This document shows positions 24,746 through 38,279 of a stretch of DNA of 64,000 nt, one piece after another. A program made the translations under genes and the position numbers. Source of the stretch: Octopus bimaculoides (lineage: Eukaryota). The DNA lies in assembly GCF_001194135.2 (NCBI RefSeq), contig NC_068985.1, positions 81,023,249-81,087,248 on the forward strand, written 5' to 3'. Under the pieces are notes generated by a model. The model was not told the origin of the DNA, ran no database searches, and worked only from the letters and a program-made list of their open reading frames with translations. Each line of letters begins with the position of its first letter. The first letter of the stretch is position 1.

Positions 24746-26854
24746 GGCACAATATCTTTTATCTGGAGTACTTAGAAAACTTGATATGTATTATAAATTA
24801 TATGATATGGAATATTTGATAACAGTTATTAAGTTTTGTTGATAATTTTGTTCTTTGTAAATTTTAATGATTCTTTTCAAAGGACAAAAGTCCCTGCTGA
24901 CTTGCTAATGAAAGAAGGCCTTATGTTTAAAATATTTATTTGGGGAAAAAGCATTAAATGTTACCTAATGCTATTATTTGTTTTATATTACTTTTTCAGC
25001 ATCGGCATGCGATTATCAGGGAAAAAAATCTCTGATGCCAAAATAGATTTGAGTATTTAGTGAGTTTATTATTCGTTAGAATGTTTGTGTACTAAAATCA
25101 ATGCCTCAGAGATTATCAAAAGTGTTCAGTTAAGCTGCAAAATAGTGAGATTAATTAATTGATCAATTATTCATGATTGTTGGGTATGGCTGTGGTGTTG
25201 CCAGTGATAACGATGCGGGTGAGGCTTACCAAATTGTGTCTTTGTCTCTGAAATATTCTTGGATAGATTCTCTTCTTTTCTTTCCTTTTAAACAGCAGTT
25301 CCCATTATTTCTGACAAAGTTCATGATCCTAACATCTAAGTTTTTTTCTTCCTTCATTTCATTATATCATCATTAATTGTATTTATTTCGTATTGGTAGT
25401 GACTTTATTTACTTTATTATTCTAACTTTCTCTAATATCTAACTTTTCAAAGTGCTATATCTTAAATAAAATATATAAATAAATGAAAAATCACAGTACT
25501 AGTCAAAACATGATGTTATTATTATTTTAAGCATCAATGAAAAAAAAATGCATATTAGATTCGTTAGTCAATGTATCAAGTCTATCACTTGAAAAAGTAG
25601 AGGTGAAATTGGCACTCCCAAGAAGCTTGTGAGATGAGCTCACCTGCTATTAAGTTAGCACCTCTGTTGCCTGTTCTTAAAGCAAAAACGTAGGTGACCT
25701 AATGCTAACTTCACACATTTGTGAGATGTGGCAATAAACTTCTTGGAGTGGAAAAATAAAAAAATAAAAAGGAGGACATTATGGATATAGTGGCAAATTA
25801 TTTTGATATGTATTGTAATATCACACATCAAAGTCAACTTTAATCAGATATTCTTTTGCATATTTAGAATAGAAAGTTATGATTTTCATTTCTGATTTCT
25901 TTTCCAATACAAATATGCACTTAAAATATCACTTAATATTTCTGGATATTTTTGAAAATCTCTACTCAAAGACAACTCCTTTTCTCTGCTAATTGAGAAA
26001 AACAACAGCTTATTCTTTTTTCTTTTTTACATAGAGTATTTACAAGGTAAAGTGATACATATACACAAAATTTCTCTAATAAAAATATATTTCATTTAAT
26101 TTACATCATATCATGAATATCATGTGATGATGTTTTGTTGTATTAGCATAAAAAGAAAATAATAATATTAATGGGAGATCAAATAAAAATTTTCATATTA
26201 ATTTAATTTATTAGGCTAGACATGATTATAATGTACTGGTACTAGACAAAAAAAAAAAGAAAGAAAGAAAGAAAAAAAAGAAATGCAAAGGCTTTAAGAT
26301 TATTTGCCAGGACAAAGTGTTGAGTTAGACTCACCTTCTAATCCATATGGGCAGTTTTGGAAAAAGGAAGATTTAGTTGACAGACTGAACATATTTAGTT
26401 CACATTAGAATTTAATGACTTATCCATTATTACTAAGGTGTTGACAATTCTTCTCTTTAGGCAATTTTATACTTTTTAAAATGCATTTTGGGGTCTTTTG
26501 TAGGGATTTGGGAATATTTAAGATTTTCTTTTTGCCTAGTCTTAATTTGTGCTTAGTTAATTAAACATCATATACTAGTTGGGGCAAAAGTAAATTTGAA
26601 TCAGGACAAAACTATTTCATTTTCTATAATCACATGAAACACACTTTTCCCCATGCTGTCTCACTTTCTCCCTTCCACTCTCTCTCTCATTGAATTCTCT
26701 CTCTTTCTCATTCTCTAAATATAATATATATATATATATANNNNNNNNNNNNNNNNNNNNNNNNNNNNNNNNNNNNNNNNNNNNNNNNNNNNNNNNNNNN
26801 NNNNNNNNNNNNNNNNNNNNNNNNNNNNNNNNNNNNNNNNNNNNNNNNNNNNNN

Positions 26855-26912
<58 letters not shown>

Positions 26913-26921
26913 ATGTGTGGA

Positions 26922-27050
26922 GGCATATGGCTTTATGGCTAGTGTGTTGCACTCATGATTATATGATAGTGATTTAATTCCTGGGTTGAGTGTTACACTG
27001 TGTTCTTCAGCAAAACACTTTATTTCATGTTGCTCCACTCTACTCTGCTG
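26922..27050 (+). mobile_element. SINE family D head, partial
   Basis: ttcagcaaaacactttatttcatgttgctcca matches 11095-11135. Confidence 0.65.
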
Positions 27051-27464
27051 GTGACAGACAGGTGTCCTGTCCAGTGGGTGAAATATATATGAAGTCTGCT
27101 AAAAAAGTATTGGGACTGTTGTTATGGCAACAGAGTTAAAATACACAGTGCAGCTGCTTGGCACAAATTGACCTTAAACTCTGTTGCACATGTACACTAA
27201 GTTATAACATTCTTGCTCACTACCATTGTTTATATCAATGCTTGGAAGTAAATTGTGTAGTCTCAACACATTACAGAGATTCCATCAGTGGCCATCATGA
27301 CAGAAAATTGAGCAGAGAATCTGCATCAAGGTTTGCCAAAGACTTGATGATCCCTAAGCAGAGACCTATGTTAAGTTCCAGCAAGTATATGGAGTAAGGG
27401 TACGAGTGGTTCAAACGTTTTCAAGATGGCCAACAAAATGTTGACAGTGACTCATTGATATATT

Positions 27465-28867
27465 CTTTCACTTGTTTCAGTCATTTGATTACGGCCATGC
27501 TGGAGCACCACCTTAACGGGTTTTCAGTTGAAGAAATCCACCCCAGGATTTATTCTTTGTAAGCCTAGTATTTATTCTATTGGTTTCTTTTGCTGAACTG
27601 CTAAGTTACAGGGATGTAAACACACCAGGAAAACACAGACACACACACACACACACACATAAATATATATACATATACATATACAGGGGTTTGACAAAAT
27701 AATGGAAACACCTTAAAATTTTAAAGAAATTAATTTTAATATGGGATAGGACTGCCTTTGGCAGTAATTACAGCTTGAATTCTATGAGGTATTGATCGTA
27801 CAAAGTTTGAATTGTTTCCAAAGGAATTTTTGTCCATTCTTCAGCTAGAATAGTCTCCAGTTCTTGTAGTGATGATGCTGGAGGATATCGACTCCTTACT
27901 TGTTTTTCTAAAATGTACCATAAATGTTCAATCATATTGAGATCTTGGGACTGTAGTGGCTAGATAAGATGTTCAACTTCACTAGAATGTTCCTTGTGCC
28001 ATTCAGTAACAAATTTAGCTGTGTGAATTGGTGCATTATCATCCTGAAAGATTGCATTTCCCCCCAGAAGCAGTTCTGCAACCATAGGATGAATTTGATC
28101 AGATAAAATGCTTAAATTATCTTGACTATTAATTCTGCCATGAAGAGGAACCATTGGGCCGGTGGATTTCCAAGATATAGCCCCCCCCCCACACACACCA
28201 GGTCTTCACAGATCCTGCTCCATGTTTAACAGTTAGAAGAAGGCAGTCTGGGTCAAATGCTTCCTTTGGCTGTCTCCNNNNNNNNNNNNNNNNNNNNNNN
28301 NNNNNNNNNNNNNNNNNNNNNNNNNNNNNNNNNNNNNNNNNNNNNNNNNNNNNNNNNNNNNNNNNNNNNNNNNNNNNNNNNNNNNNNNNNNNNNNNNNNN
28401 NNNNNNNNNNNNNNNNNNNNNNNNNNNNNNNNNNNNNNNNNNNNNNNNNNNNNNNNNNNNNNNNNNNNNNNNNNNNNNNNNNNNNNNNNNNNNNNNNNNN
28501 NNNNNNNNNNNNNNNNNNNNNNNNNNNNNNNNNNNNNNNNNNNNNNNNNNNNNNNNNNNNNNNNNNNNNNNNNNNNNNNNNNNNNNNNNNNNNNNNNNNN
28601 NNNNNNNNNNNNNNNNNNNNNNNNNNNNNNNNNNNNNAATTTAACCTCTTTGAAAGTCTGATAGATCTGTCATTTTAATGAATTTTAATTACCTTTTTCT
28701 GATGATATCTGAAAAGAAACAGCAGTTTTAGCAAAACGTATTAAGCAATACTAATAATAAATAATAAATAAAAAAACATAAAAATAAACAAGCTTTTGAT
28801 GAGTTGATAGATATTTTAAAATTATGATGCTATGATGCTAGGTGTTTCCATTATTTTGTCCAACCCC

Positions 28868-28907
<40 letters not shown>

Positions 28908-29070
28908 GATGGGCTTCTTTCAGTTTCCATCTTCAAAATCCATTCACAAGGCTTTAGTTGGCCTGGGGCTATAATAAAAGGCACTTGTCAAAGAGGCCAC
29001 ACAGTAGGACTGAACCCAGAACCATGTTGTTGGGAAGCAACCTTCTTACTGTACAGTCATGCCTACACCT
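27465..29070 (-). mobile_element. SINE family A split by the Tc1 insertion (3' part 27465-27660, 5' part ~28905-29070)
   Basis: The two halves are contiguous in the A consensus; the Tc1 sits in the internal TA/CA repeat. Confidence 0.8.
27684..28869 (-). mobile_element. Tc1-like DNA transposon with DD36E spacing (Incomer-like); defective, with an N gap
   Basis: TIRs caggggtttgacaaaataatggaaacacct / aggtgtttccattattttgtccaacccctg (1 mismatch); TA on the left; 'FQDDNAPIHTAK...*PLQSQDLNMIEHLW'. Confidence 0.92.
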
Positions 29071-29109
29071 ATAAATACAATTTTAATACCAGAGTTGTGA
29101 CTTTAGGGC

Positions 29110-29900
29110 CTACCAGAGAACTGATGAAAACATCGCAGCTGTTTGGAAGGTCTTTTGAATCATCATGCATGTGTTGTTCGAAGATGTGAACTTTACTTAT
29201 GGTTCAGTTCAGTCTATTCTCACTTCAGATTTGGGTATGAGACATGTGTTTGCCAAGTCTTTGCCAAAACTGCTTTCAGTTGGTCAAAAGGAAGCTGAGG
29301 ATCTCCTTCATTGTGTTGAGGAAATTGAAAGTTGTTTGAAAACTGTCATAACAGGTACTGAATCATGGGTCTTTGGCTATGATACTGAAACTAAAGTCCA
29401 GTCTTCATAGTGGAAGACTCCAACCTCTCTGAGACCAAAGAAAGCATGAATGTAAAAACACTGTCGACAGTTCTCTACGGTTACAAGGGCATTGTTCACC
29501 ATGAGTATGCTCCCACTGGTCAGACAGTAAACAAGGAGTACAGCAATGCTGTCTTGCAGCATTTGCAAGATGCTGTTCATCAGAAAAGGACAGAATAGTA
29601 TGGGTCTAGCGAGTGGCAACTCCACTATGACAACACACCTGCCCATTCAGCACAGCTTGTGCAGCAGTTTCTGGCCAAGCACAACATTTTCCAGGTCTGG
29701 CAACCACCATATTCCCCAGATCTTGTCCCTTTCAACTCTTTCCTTTCCCCAAAAATCAAACCCCACTTGAAAGATAAGAAATTTCAAGATGTTGAGCATA
29801 TCCAAGAGAGGAGCTGCTTGCTATCCCCAAAAATGGGTTCTAGGAATGTTTCCATCAATGGAAACAATGCTGGATAAAGTGTGTGGCTTCAAAAGAGGGA
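29110..29900 (+). mobile_element. Mariner (DD34D) transposase pseudogene; TIRs not seen
   Basis: 'VITGTESWVFGYDTETKVQS', 'KGIVHHEYAPTGQTVNKEY', 'LHYDNTPAH' and 'PPYSPDLVPFN'. Confidence 0.9.
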
Positions 29901-31112
29901 CTGTTGGTTTCTGTTACAGTGCTGAACACCAGGCCATATCAGATATACTTTGAAGGTTTACCCATCCTAATGGAGGAGAAGGAACACACAGTTATATTGA
30001 TGATTTTCATAGACACACAATATTAAATTGAAAACCTAGCAAAGATTAAGTGGAACAGGAATTTCCAGTGTGACATAACAAAATGCAAGTTAGTTGTGGC
30101 TACTCGAAGAGGTAGAATGAAAAAACAATTATTTCAAGTTTGTTTTTTCTCTAAAGGATGTTTATACACATCTTTGGTTGTATTACCATTTCAAAATATT
30201 CTCGTTTAAAGGAATAAAAAAAAAGCCTAAAATTTCTTTGTATTTTCAATACTTGGCTTAATTTCTTTATAATATTAAAAAAAAAATTATTTTACTTAAT
30301 ATATTATTTCTTCCTTTCCTGTTTTTCATCCTTTTGTTTTAATTCACACATAACTATTCTATTCTTACAGTGCATAGCTGGTTCATATCTTCAGAGCATA
30401 TTTAGCAATTGTTAGACAGAATGAAAACTAGTTAAGTTCTTACTTTAGGCATTTTAAATACAAATTTAAATTTCAGAAATCTTTTGCTTGTGTTAAAATA
30501 GGCAATAGAGTAGTTTCCTTTTTTTGTTTTTCCCAACTTTTGAAAGTGGTGGGGAACCTAAATACTCTTTAAAAAATTATTGTTGTATTAATCTGCAGAC
30601 TTTTCAACTGACTCAGAGAGAAATCAACTAATCAGCTTGAGGCAGATAGCTGTACTAGCTAACAGATTTGACCTTTCCACTTCCACTAATTGCTGCTTCC
30701 TATTTCCAATTAACTGTGAATATGGCAGGGAACAATTTCTACTCTAAAGTAAAAAAAAAAAAAAAAAAAAAAAAGAAAATGAAAAAGAGGAGTTACTTAT
30801 AATTGGGTTTTAGCTATCAGCAGTCTCTCTTTTTTGAGCAGAAATACCTTGCTGATGTTTTTTCCTATTTACTTTGAAGAGGGTGTCCAATTTTACTTGA
30901 GGGTATATATTTTAAGTGTTTTATATTCAATATGAAGACTTTTATCATGGGTGTTCTTTGAATTACTAGTCAGAGAGCATACTGGCTATGGGATTGCTGG
31001 ATTCAGTCACTCAAATCTCATTTTACACATCGTTTCTATTATCTTAGTAGCTTTCTGATAAACAGGTGCTGAATGTGATATTAAGTTTAGGATATGTAGC
31101 AGAAGACAATGT

Positions 31113-31339
31113 GAACCATTTAACATTTATACTGACCATATGAAGCCCAGATACTTTATATGTTTTAGGTTCAAGCTTACCAGATCCAGCCTCTTGCACC
31201 TCCCTTACAATGTCAATCTAAAAATAAACAACCACATCATTGAAATCTTGAAGCTATGAGATAATGCATGATTAATTCAAAACAATGTAAATAATTAAGC
31301 ATTACACTTGGCAGAATAATCTTAATGCTAAAGGGTTAA
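31113..31339. mobile_element. piggyBac-type MITE
   Basis: Ends in atgctaaaggg-TTAA; collinear with 40837-41054. Confidence 0.7.
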
Positions 31340-31632
31340 ATTTGGTATGAGGCATGTGATTTTTTTTGTTATTATTGTGAAGGTTAGTTTGGCTGTAAAT
31401 TGATAGGATCATTCGAGCATTTTAGATTTGTAGTACTTGTTCCAGCATTTTATCTTCTGAGTTCAAATCCTACCAAGGTTCACTTTGTCATTTGTCTTTC
31501 CATGATCAATAAAGTACCAGTCAAGTTTTAGGGCTGATAATGTCAACTAACCTATCTTCTCTCAAAATTAATGGTCTTGTGCCTAAATTAGAAGCCATTA
31601 TTATTATTATTATCATTATTACTATTATTATC

Positions 31633-31886
31633 AAGGTGGCGAGCTGGCTGAATCGTTGGCACTCTGGGCAAAATTTTTAGTGGTATTTCATCTGTCTTTG
31701 TGTTCTAAGTTCAAATTCAGCCAAGTTTGACTATGCCTTTCGTCCTTTCAGGGTCGATAAATTAAGTACCATTGAAACACTGGGGGTCAACATAATCGAG
31801 TAGCCTCCTCTCTCAAATTTCAGGCCTTGTGCCTGCAGTAGAAAGGATTATTATTATTATTATTATTATTATCATTATTATTATCC

Positions 31887-31924
<38 letters not shown>

Positions 31925-32060
31925 TTATTTTTTGTTTCTTCTCTGCCTTTCATGTTTTTGGGGGTCAATAAAATAAGTATCATTTGAACATTGAAGTGGA
32001 TGTAATCAACTAACTCCCTCCTTCGAAATTTGAAGTCTTGTTCCTATAATAGAAAGGATT
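31633..32060 (+). mobile_element. SINE B with a long (ATT)n tail, followed by a partial second copy
   Basis: B consensus. Confidence 0.85.
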
Positions 32061-32921
32061 ATTTTGTTGGGTGATGGTTAAATAAGGTATGTGTTGTGTA
32101 ACTTTTTGGGATGGTAATTGAATAGGGTTTGTGTTGTGTGATGAAAGAGAGAAAGAAAGAAAGAAAGAGTCTATTGTTTAACTGAAAGTGACTAGTGGAG
32201 GTTGTCAGCTGTGTCTAGCAAGGCTTTTTTGTTTTGTGGGTGGTGGGGCATGTATAGAGTTGTGACCCAGATATAATTTAAGAAAATTTTTGTTCATATA
32301 TTCCACTTTCTATATCCTTGTACCTTCACAGTTTCTCCACTTCCTACCAGACCACAGTTCATTCCATTCCTTGAAAATCATATCTGAACAGTTTGCTTTG
32401 ATTTCCTTTTTACTGTGGACCAGCTTCTTCCAGTTAATTGTGGCCTAGTCATTGCAATGTATTGTAATTTGGTATATTTTATCTATTTTCACATCATAAT
32501 GTCAGGATATTATTGTCCCATGGATACAGCTGCTGACTCAATGAAGTCCTTAAATATACTCGGAGTTGGTAAGGACTGGGCATTTGGAAACATCGTACCA
32601 ATTATTTAATTTTGCTGATAATATAATTTACACAATCATATGAGATATTAGCCAAGGTTTTAGAGGAAGTGTTCTATCTTTTTCCTTTAGTATATTTTTG
32701 GATTCTGTTGTTTTCGTTTTGCATTTGGATTTTTAAGTTTTCCTGTTTTTTTTTTCTTTTGTTTATCATTTATATTAGTGAAGTTATTTGTATTTCATTT
32801 ACATATATATATATATATATANNNNNNNNNNNNNNNNNNNNNNNNNNNNNNNNNNNNNNNNNNNNNNNNNNNNNNNNNNNNNNNNNNNNNNNNNNNNNNN
32901 NNNNNNNNNNNNNNNNNNNNN

Positions 32922-32961
<40 letters not shown>

Positions 32962-33035
32962 TATACACACCTATATATATATATATATACAGATATACAC
33001 ACATATATATATACACACCTATATATATATACACA

Positions 33036-33076
<41 letters not shown>

Positions 33077-33148
33077 NNNNNNNNNNNNNNNNNNNNNNNN
33101 NNNNNNNNNNNNNNNNNNNNNNNNNNNNNNNNNNNNNNNNNNNNNNNN

Positions 33149-33179
<31 letters not shown>

Positions 33180-34509
33180 GAGAGAGAGAGTGAGAGAATT
33201 TTTTTACTTTGGCATATTTCTTCATTACACTTATTAATTTCCTTTTCCCTAATATTTTTCTATTCCACTGTTGTTATTTTACAGTAGTTCTCTAATTGTA
33301 TCAAGCCCTGTCTCCCCTGTGCAAGGGGCAGGTAAATTCTATCTGTATCAGCTTTGCAGTGGTTGCTTTAGAAAACTTTTAGTAAGACACATATTTTGTT
33401 TAATGTAGATTTGTTTTTAACATTCACCCTCTAACTGTTTTATGATGCTGCTTTTTAAAGTGGTCTTCAGATATTTGTTTTGAACATCAAGATTCAGAGT
33501 CTGCAAAAGAGTTTTTTAATTAAAAAAAATTGATTAAAAAAGTTCTAATCAGAAATTGATTATGATTAGGGGTTTGGAGCTGGAACACATTTTTTTTTTT
33601 ATATAAATAATATATTTCGTTTGCATTTGAAGTGTGTAAATATATTTTGTTTGCATTTGTAAATTACATTTTCATCCTTAATAAATTGAAACAAAAGCAT
33701 TTTAAAGTTTGAGAAAGTGAAACAACTAATGCTTTGAAAAGCAAACAAAATACATTTATATACTGAAAATACAAATGAAAAATATTTATATACAAAAAAA
33801 TAGTACTGCAGCTTTAAATCTTCCAGCCCTAATCAATTTCTGATTAATTTTCTTTTTATAAATTAAAAAGAAAATTAATAATAATAGCAACTTTTTTTCA
33901 GACAGAATCTCTTACATTTAAAACATAAACATTCATAAACCATTAAAAGAAAACACACAAGAAAGGTTCAATATAAAAACGTAAAAAGGAAATTAAGAAG
34001 CCTTAATTAATACTTTTTGTGTGTGTGTTTTTTCTGCTTAAGCTCTTTCATTTACTTAACTGCCAATTTGCTTTATTGAAGATATGGTTTACAACTGAGA
34101 TTGTTACTGTATTTATAATTATTATCTTATTTCTAGCATTGAGTTGAAATTTTAAAATTATGTTGCTTCTCTTCATTTATTTCCTCCATTATATTTATGT
34201 TGTATCTGATGAAATTTATTGACTCCTAAATATTGTTATGGGTTGTTCTGGTCCTAATTTAATATTCTCAGGTTTAGTTAATCCATCTCTTATAATTTAT
34301 TTTATCACACCAAAATACTGATATAAATGCCTGCTTGACATAGTTGTCAACAGGAAGTGAGGCCTTCATGTATTGTCGGTGAGCAGGTTATGGACATAAT
34401 TTTGCAGCACTTTGTTGGTTTTAAAGAAGTAATGTTTTCTTTTAGTCAGGTATTGGGGATAATTTAACTGAAAAAGCTCTCACCAAAATTTCTCTCCTAG
34501 TGCTCATGG

Positions 34510-34860
34510 GGTGGGGGTCAATAAAATAAGTATCAATTGAACACTGGAGTTGATATAATCGACAAGTACCAGTTAAGCACTGGGGTTGATGTAATCAACT
34601 TACACCCTCCCCTGAAATTGCTGGCCTTGTGTCAAAATACTAAACCATTATTATTAGAGTGATGAATTGGCAGAATCACTACAACATCTATTTACTTTGA
34701 CTCTTTATATTCTGAGTTCAAGTCCTGTTAAAATCAATTTTGCCATTCAGGGTCCATAAAATAAAGTACTAGTCAAGTCCTGGGATTGATGATATTGACT
34801 ACCCTTCTCTTCAAAATTACTGGCCTTGTACCCAATATTAAAAAGGATTATTATTATTAT
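34510..34860 (+). mobile_element. Stacked SINE B copies
   Basis: B consensus fragments. Confidence 0.75.
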
Positions 34861-34931
34861 TATTATTATCATTATTATTGTTGTCATCATCATCATCATT
34901 ATTATTATTATTATTATTATCATCATTATTA

Positions 34932-35476
34932 TTCAGTAGTCTTATTTTTATCATGTGCTTTCACTGCACTACCGAACATAGCACTGTGTGCTTTGGGTAT
35001 GTACTGTGGTTTGTTGTGGTGCTCTTATTTTCTCTGTATTGAAAGTGTTTTACATAGGATGTGTACAGTGCCTAATAGTACTGTTTTCTATATGCTATAT
35101 ATACTTGTATGTCCTGAAGTTTTTGTTATGCATTTCTCTGAATGTTTTTTTATCATATGCCTACTATAATAGGATCAGTTCTTGTTTTTATGCTCCTTAT
35201 TCGAGTTACCCCTATTTCCAAATTTTTGTATTTTGAAAGTTTCTCCATTTCTTTTAGACAAATGCTGCCAGCTTTTGGTATTGATACACCAATTAGAAAG
35301 CACTTTTTTTCCCTGGTGACCTCTGACAACTATATCCGGCTTATTAGCCTTGATTTCCCTATCTGTGTTTCGGCATATCCCAGAATATGGTTGTTTTCTC
35401 ATTTTCTGTGACCTTTTCTGGAGTGTGCTCATACCATCTGTTTTCTGTTGATAGTCCATAGTGTTGGCATAGCTTT
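34932..35476 (-). mobile_element. R4/Dong-clade non-LTR element, 5'-truncated (REL endonuclease and 3' UTR), in (TAA)n
   Basis: 'TDREIKANKPDIVVR', 'KEMEKLSKY' and 'LLGTVHILCKTLSIQ'; 3' UTR matches 48487-48586. Confidence 0.9.
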
Positions 35477-35499
35477 ATTATTATTATTATTATTATTAT

Positions 35500-35945
35500 A
35501 AATGTGACAAGTTGGCAGAATCATTAGCAAGCCAGGCAAAACACTTAGCAGCATTTTGTCCATCTTTATGTTCTGAGATCAAATTCTGCCAAGGTCAACT
35601 TTGCCTTTCATCCTTTTGGGGTTAATAAATTAAGTACCAGTGAACGACTGGGGTCGATGTAATCAACTAGTCCCCTCCCCCAAATTTCAGGCCTTGTTCC
35701 TTTAGTAGAAATGATTATTATTATTATTAAGGTGGCAAGCTGGCAGAATCATTAGCGCACTGGGCAAAATGCTTAGTGGCATCTTGTCCATCCTTATGTT
35801 ATGAGTTCAAATTCTGCCAAGGCCAATGTTGCCGTTCATCCTTTTGGGGGTCAATAAAATAAATATCTGTTGAATACTGGGGTCATTGTAATTGACTTAT
35901 CTCCAAATTGTTGGCCTTGTGCCAAAATTTGAAGTTATCATTATT
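35500..35945 (+). mobile_element. Two tandem SINE B copies
   Basis: B consensus twice, with (ATT)n between. Confidence 0.85.
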
Positions 35946-36859
35946 ATTACTATTATTATTATTTATTAGTAATAGCAGTAGTAATAGTATCTCCCCTTGA
36001 TTGATGTTAACCCAACATGTTTTTGTTTTTTTGTAATGTTTTTTCGTGCTGTAACTCATCCTTCGATATTGTCTTCCATGTCTTGGGCTCTTGTGGCCAA
36101 TAAAAGAAATTATTATTATCATTATTATTATTATTATTATTATTATTGTTAAGGGAAGTTGAGTGATAGAACTGGTAATTTTGTCTTTTAATATTCTGAT
36201 TTCAAGTTGTCTTAGCCATTATTTATTTCAATGTCAATAAAATAATATACTGCAGTTAAATAAGTATGTTCAATTAGAACTCTTGTGACAATATGATGAT
36301 ATTGTATTTGCATTCTTACTTGGCTTACTAAGCTATATTTAAAAATCTTGAATGCTGTGAGCATAAATAAACTGGAATTTTTGTTTTTGTTTAGCCCCAG
36401 ATTATTCTTGAGGAAGCAGATCTATAATCATAGTGATCTAGCCATAATATCTTTTGTAAAAAAATATATCTACTTTGTCCAGAATGCCCTCCAATTTTGA
36501 GAAGGTAAGGTTTGATTTAGGGGATTTTTCTATCAAGGTGATCAACTGCAGAGAGACCCTCTGATTAGCTTGAGTAGAATTTTTTTCTTTAGGATAGGAG
36601 GTTCTTAAACCAGTTTAAATATGTGTGAATGAGTGTTCTACTGCTTATATCAGTCAGGGTTGACCATGTTATCTGTATATGCTTTAGCAGGTCTGGGCAA
36701 AGGTTTTATGGAAAACTTCAAGTTTCTCAGGCATCATTCGACTCCTGTCTCCACTCTCCATGCCAACCAAAGTTGTTCTAGGGAAGGCCACTATCTTAGG
36801 ACCTGTACAACCTGGTGTCAGTGTTATCACTGAGTTACTTTCAGATTGCCAAGTACCAG

Positions 36860-37064
36860 AAGTAACATGAGGCATTGTCCCATCCAACATTTTAATAGTA
36901 GTATCGGTCTATTGTCCTGGAGTGATATTTTTTTTATCAGCCCGGAAAAGATAAAAGGCAAAGCTGACATTGGTGGGATTTAAATTCATAATACAGAGAA
37001 TTAGAACAAATAGTCTGCTTCATATTCTATCCAATGTTCTAACGACTTTGCCAAATTGCTGCCC
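36860..37064 (-). mobile_element. SINE B, diverged
   Basis: Reverse complement of the B consensus. Confidence 0.65.
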
Positions 37065-37066
37065 TA

Positions 37067-37275
37067 TATGAGGGGGTGCTGGAAAGTTCCTGGCTTGAAG
37101 GGTATTGCGAAGATCCGGCTGGAGACCCAACCTTCTGAATTATTTTATAGGCCTTAGAAAAACTGAAGGACTGCTGCAATAAGTGTGTGACTCTGAGAGG
37201 GGAATATGTTAGATAAAATCATAATTAACTGATCCTGTATTTTCTTTTACTCAAAACCAGGAACTTTTCAGCATA
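37067..37275 (+). mobile_element. Mariner-derived MITE, right TIR truncated
   Basis: Collinear with 53671-53890. Confidence 0.85.
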
Positions 37276-38279
37276 TGTAAGCCATGTGAATAGTAACATA
37301 TATGTATATATAGGTATATGTGTGCAATATCTATTGACTCTATTCATAGTTGTCCTCATCCACTATTTGACTGGCACTTCATTTTAATAAATTCGACAAA
37401 AAAATTATAGGCAAAGTTAATCTTGACAGGATTTGAACTCAGAAATAAAATGCCTGAAAAATTACTACAAAGTATTTTATTTGAGATCTTTATGACATTT
37501 ATCTTTAAAAAAGCTTTTATAATAATAAAAGTGTTATACTAATAACAGTAAGGGTGTTGTGGTCATCTATTGAAATATTATTTTGGTGAGTCAAATGTTT
37601 TGCTTAACTTCATTCAACAATACTGCCACACCATCTTTTATCATAACCATTCTGTACCATTTCAAATTATTGAAAATAAAAAAAAAAAACCTCTGAAAAT
37701 TTCCTAACTGGTGGTATCCCACTTTTTTGTTTCATCTGTTGATATATCTAATCTTTTTTTGGCTTGAACNNNNNNNNNNAATCAATCAGTAAGTAGAAGC
37801 ACTCTGGTTCAGCTGATGAATGCTCCACATATTCAACATGTTTGCTGATTATACACATATGAATATTTTAAAGCCATTCTCTTAATTTGCTTAACGGAAA
37901 TACTAAATAAATAAAAGTTACCTTCTTTTGGGAAAATAAAAGTGCTAGTAGTTGTATTCTTGCAATTTAATGATTTTGTTGCAGTGTCTCATGGGAGTTT
38001 ATGATTACCATTGGGCAAAGTTGTCTGAGAAAAAAAGCACCCATAAATATTCACTGCAAATTTGGTTGCTTACAGAATTTGTTTCGGAAAACATGAGTTA
38101 AGTTATTTAAGCCTTCATTTTAGTTAAAATTTTTTTTTGTTTAACAGAAGTGTCTTATATCGCAAAACTTATTTTCGCTGTATCTCCTTTATACTATGAG
38201 TGTGCTCATACACATGAAGCTTGTGAGTAGGTTTGCAGTATTTTAATTTTCACCACATTTAAATAAGAACTCTTTTTAA

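Noticed and set aside
36390-36510. Apparent exon ending in a strong donor (gaag|gtaagg)
   Set aside because: It lies in an interspersed repeat also seen near 14.7-15.1k and 55.2k, and the frames contain stops.
37988-38100. 'QIWLLTEF', resembling a receptor-kinase motif
   Set aside because: The surrounding residues are not kinase-like, the frame ends in a stop, and the donor is weak.
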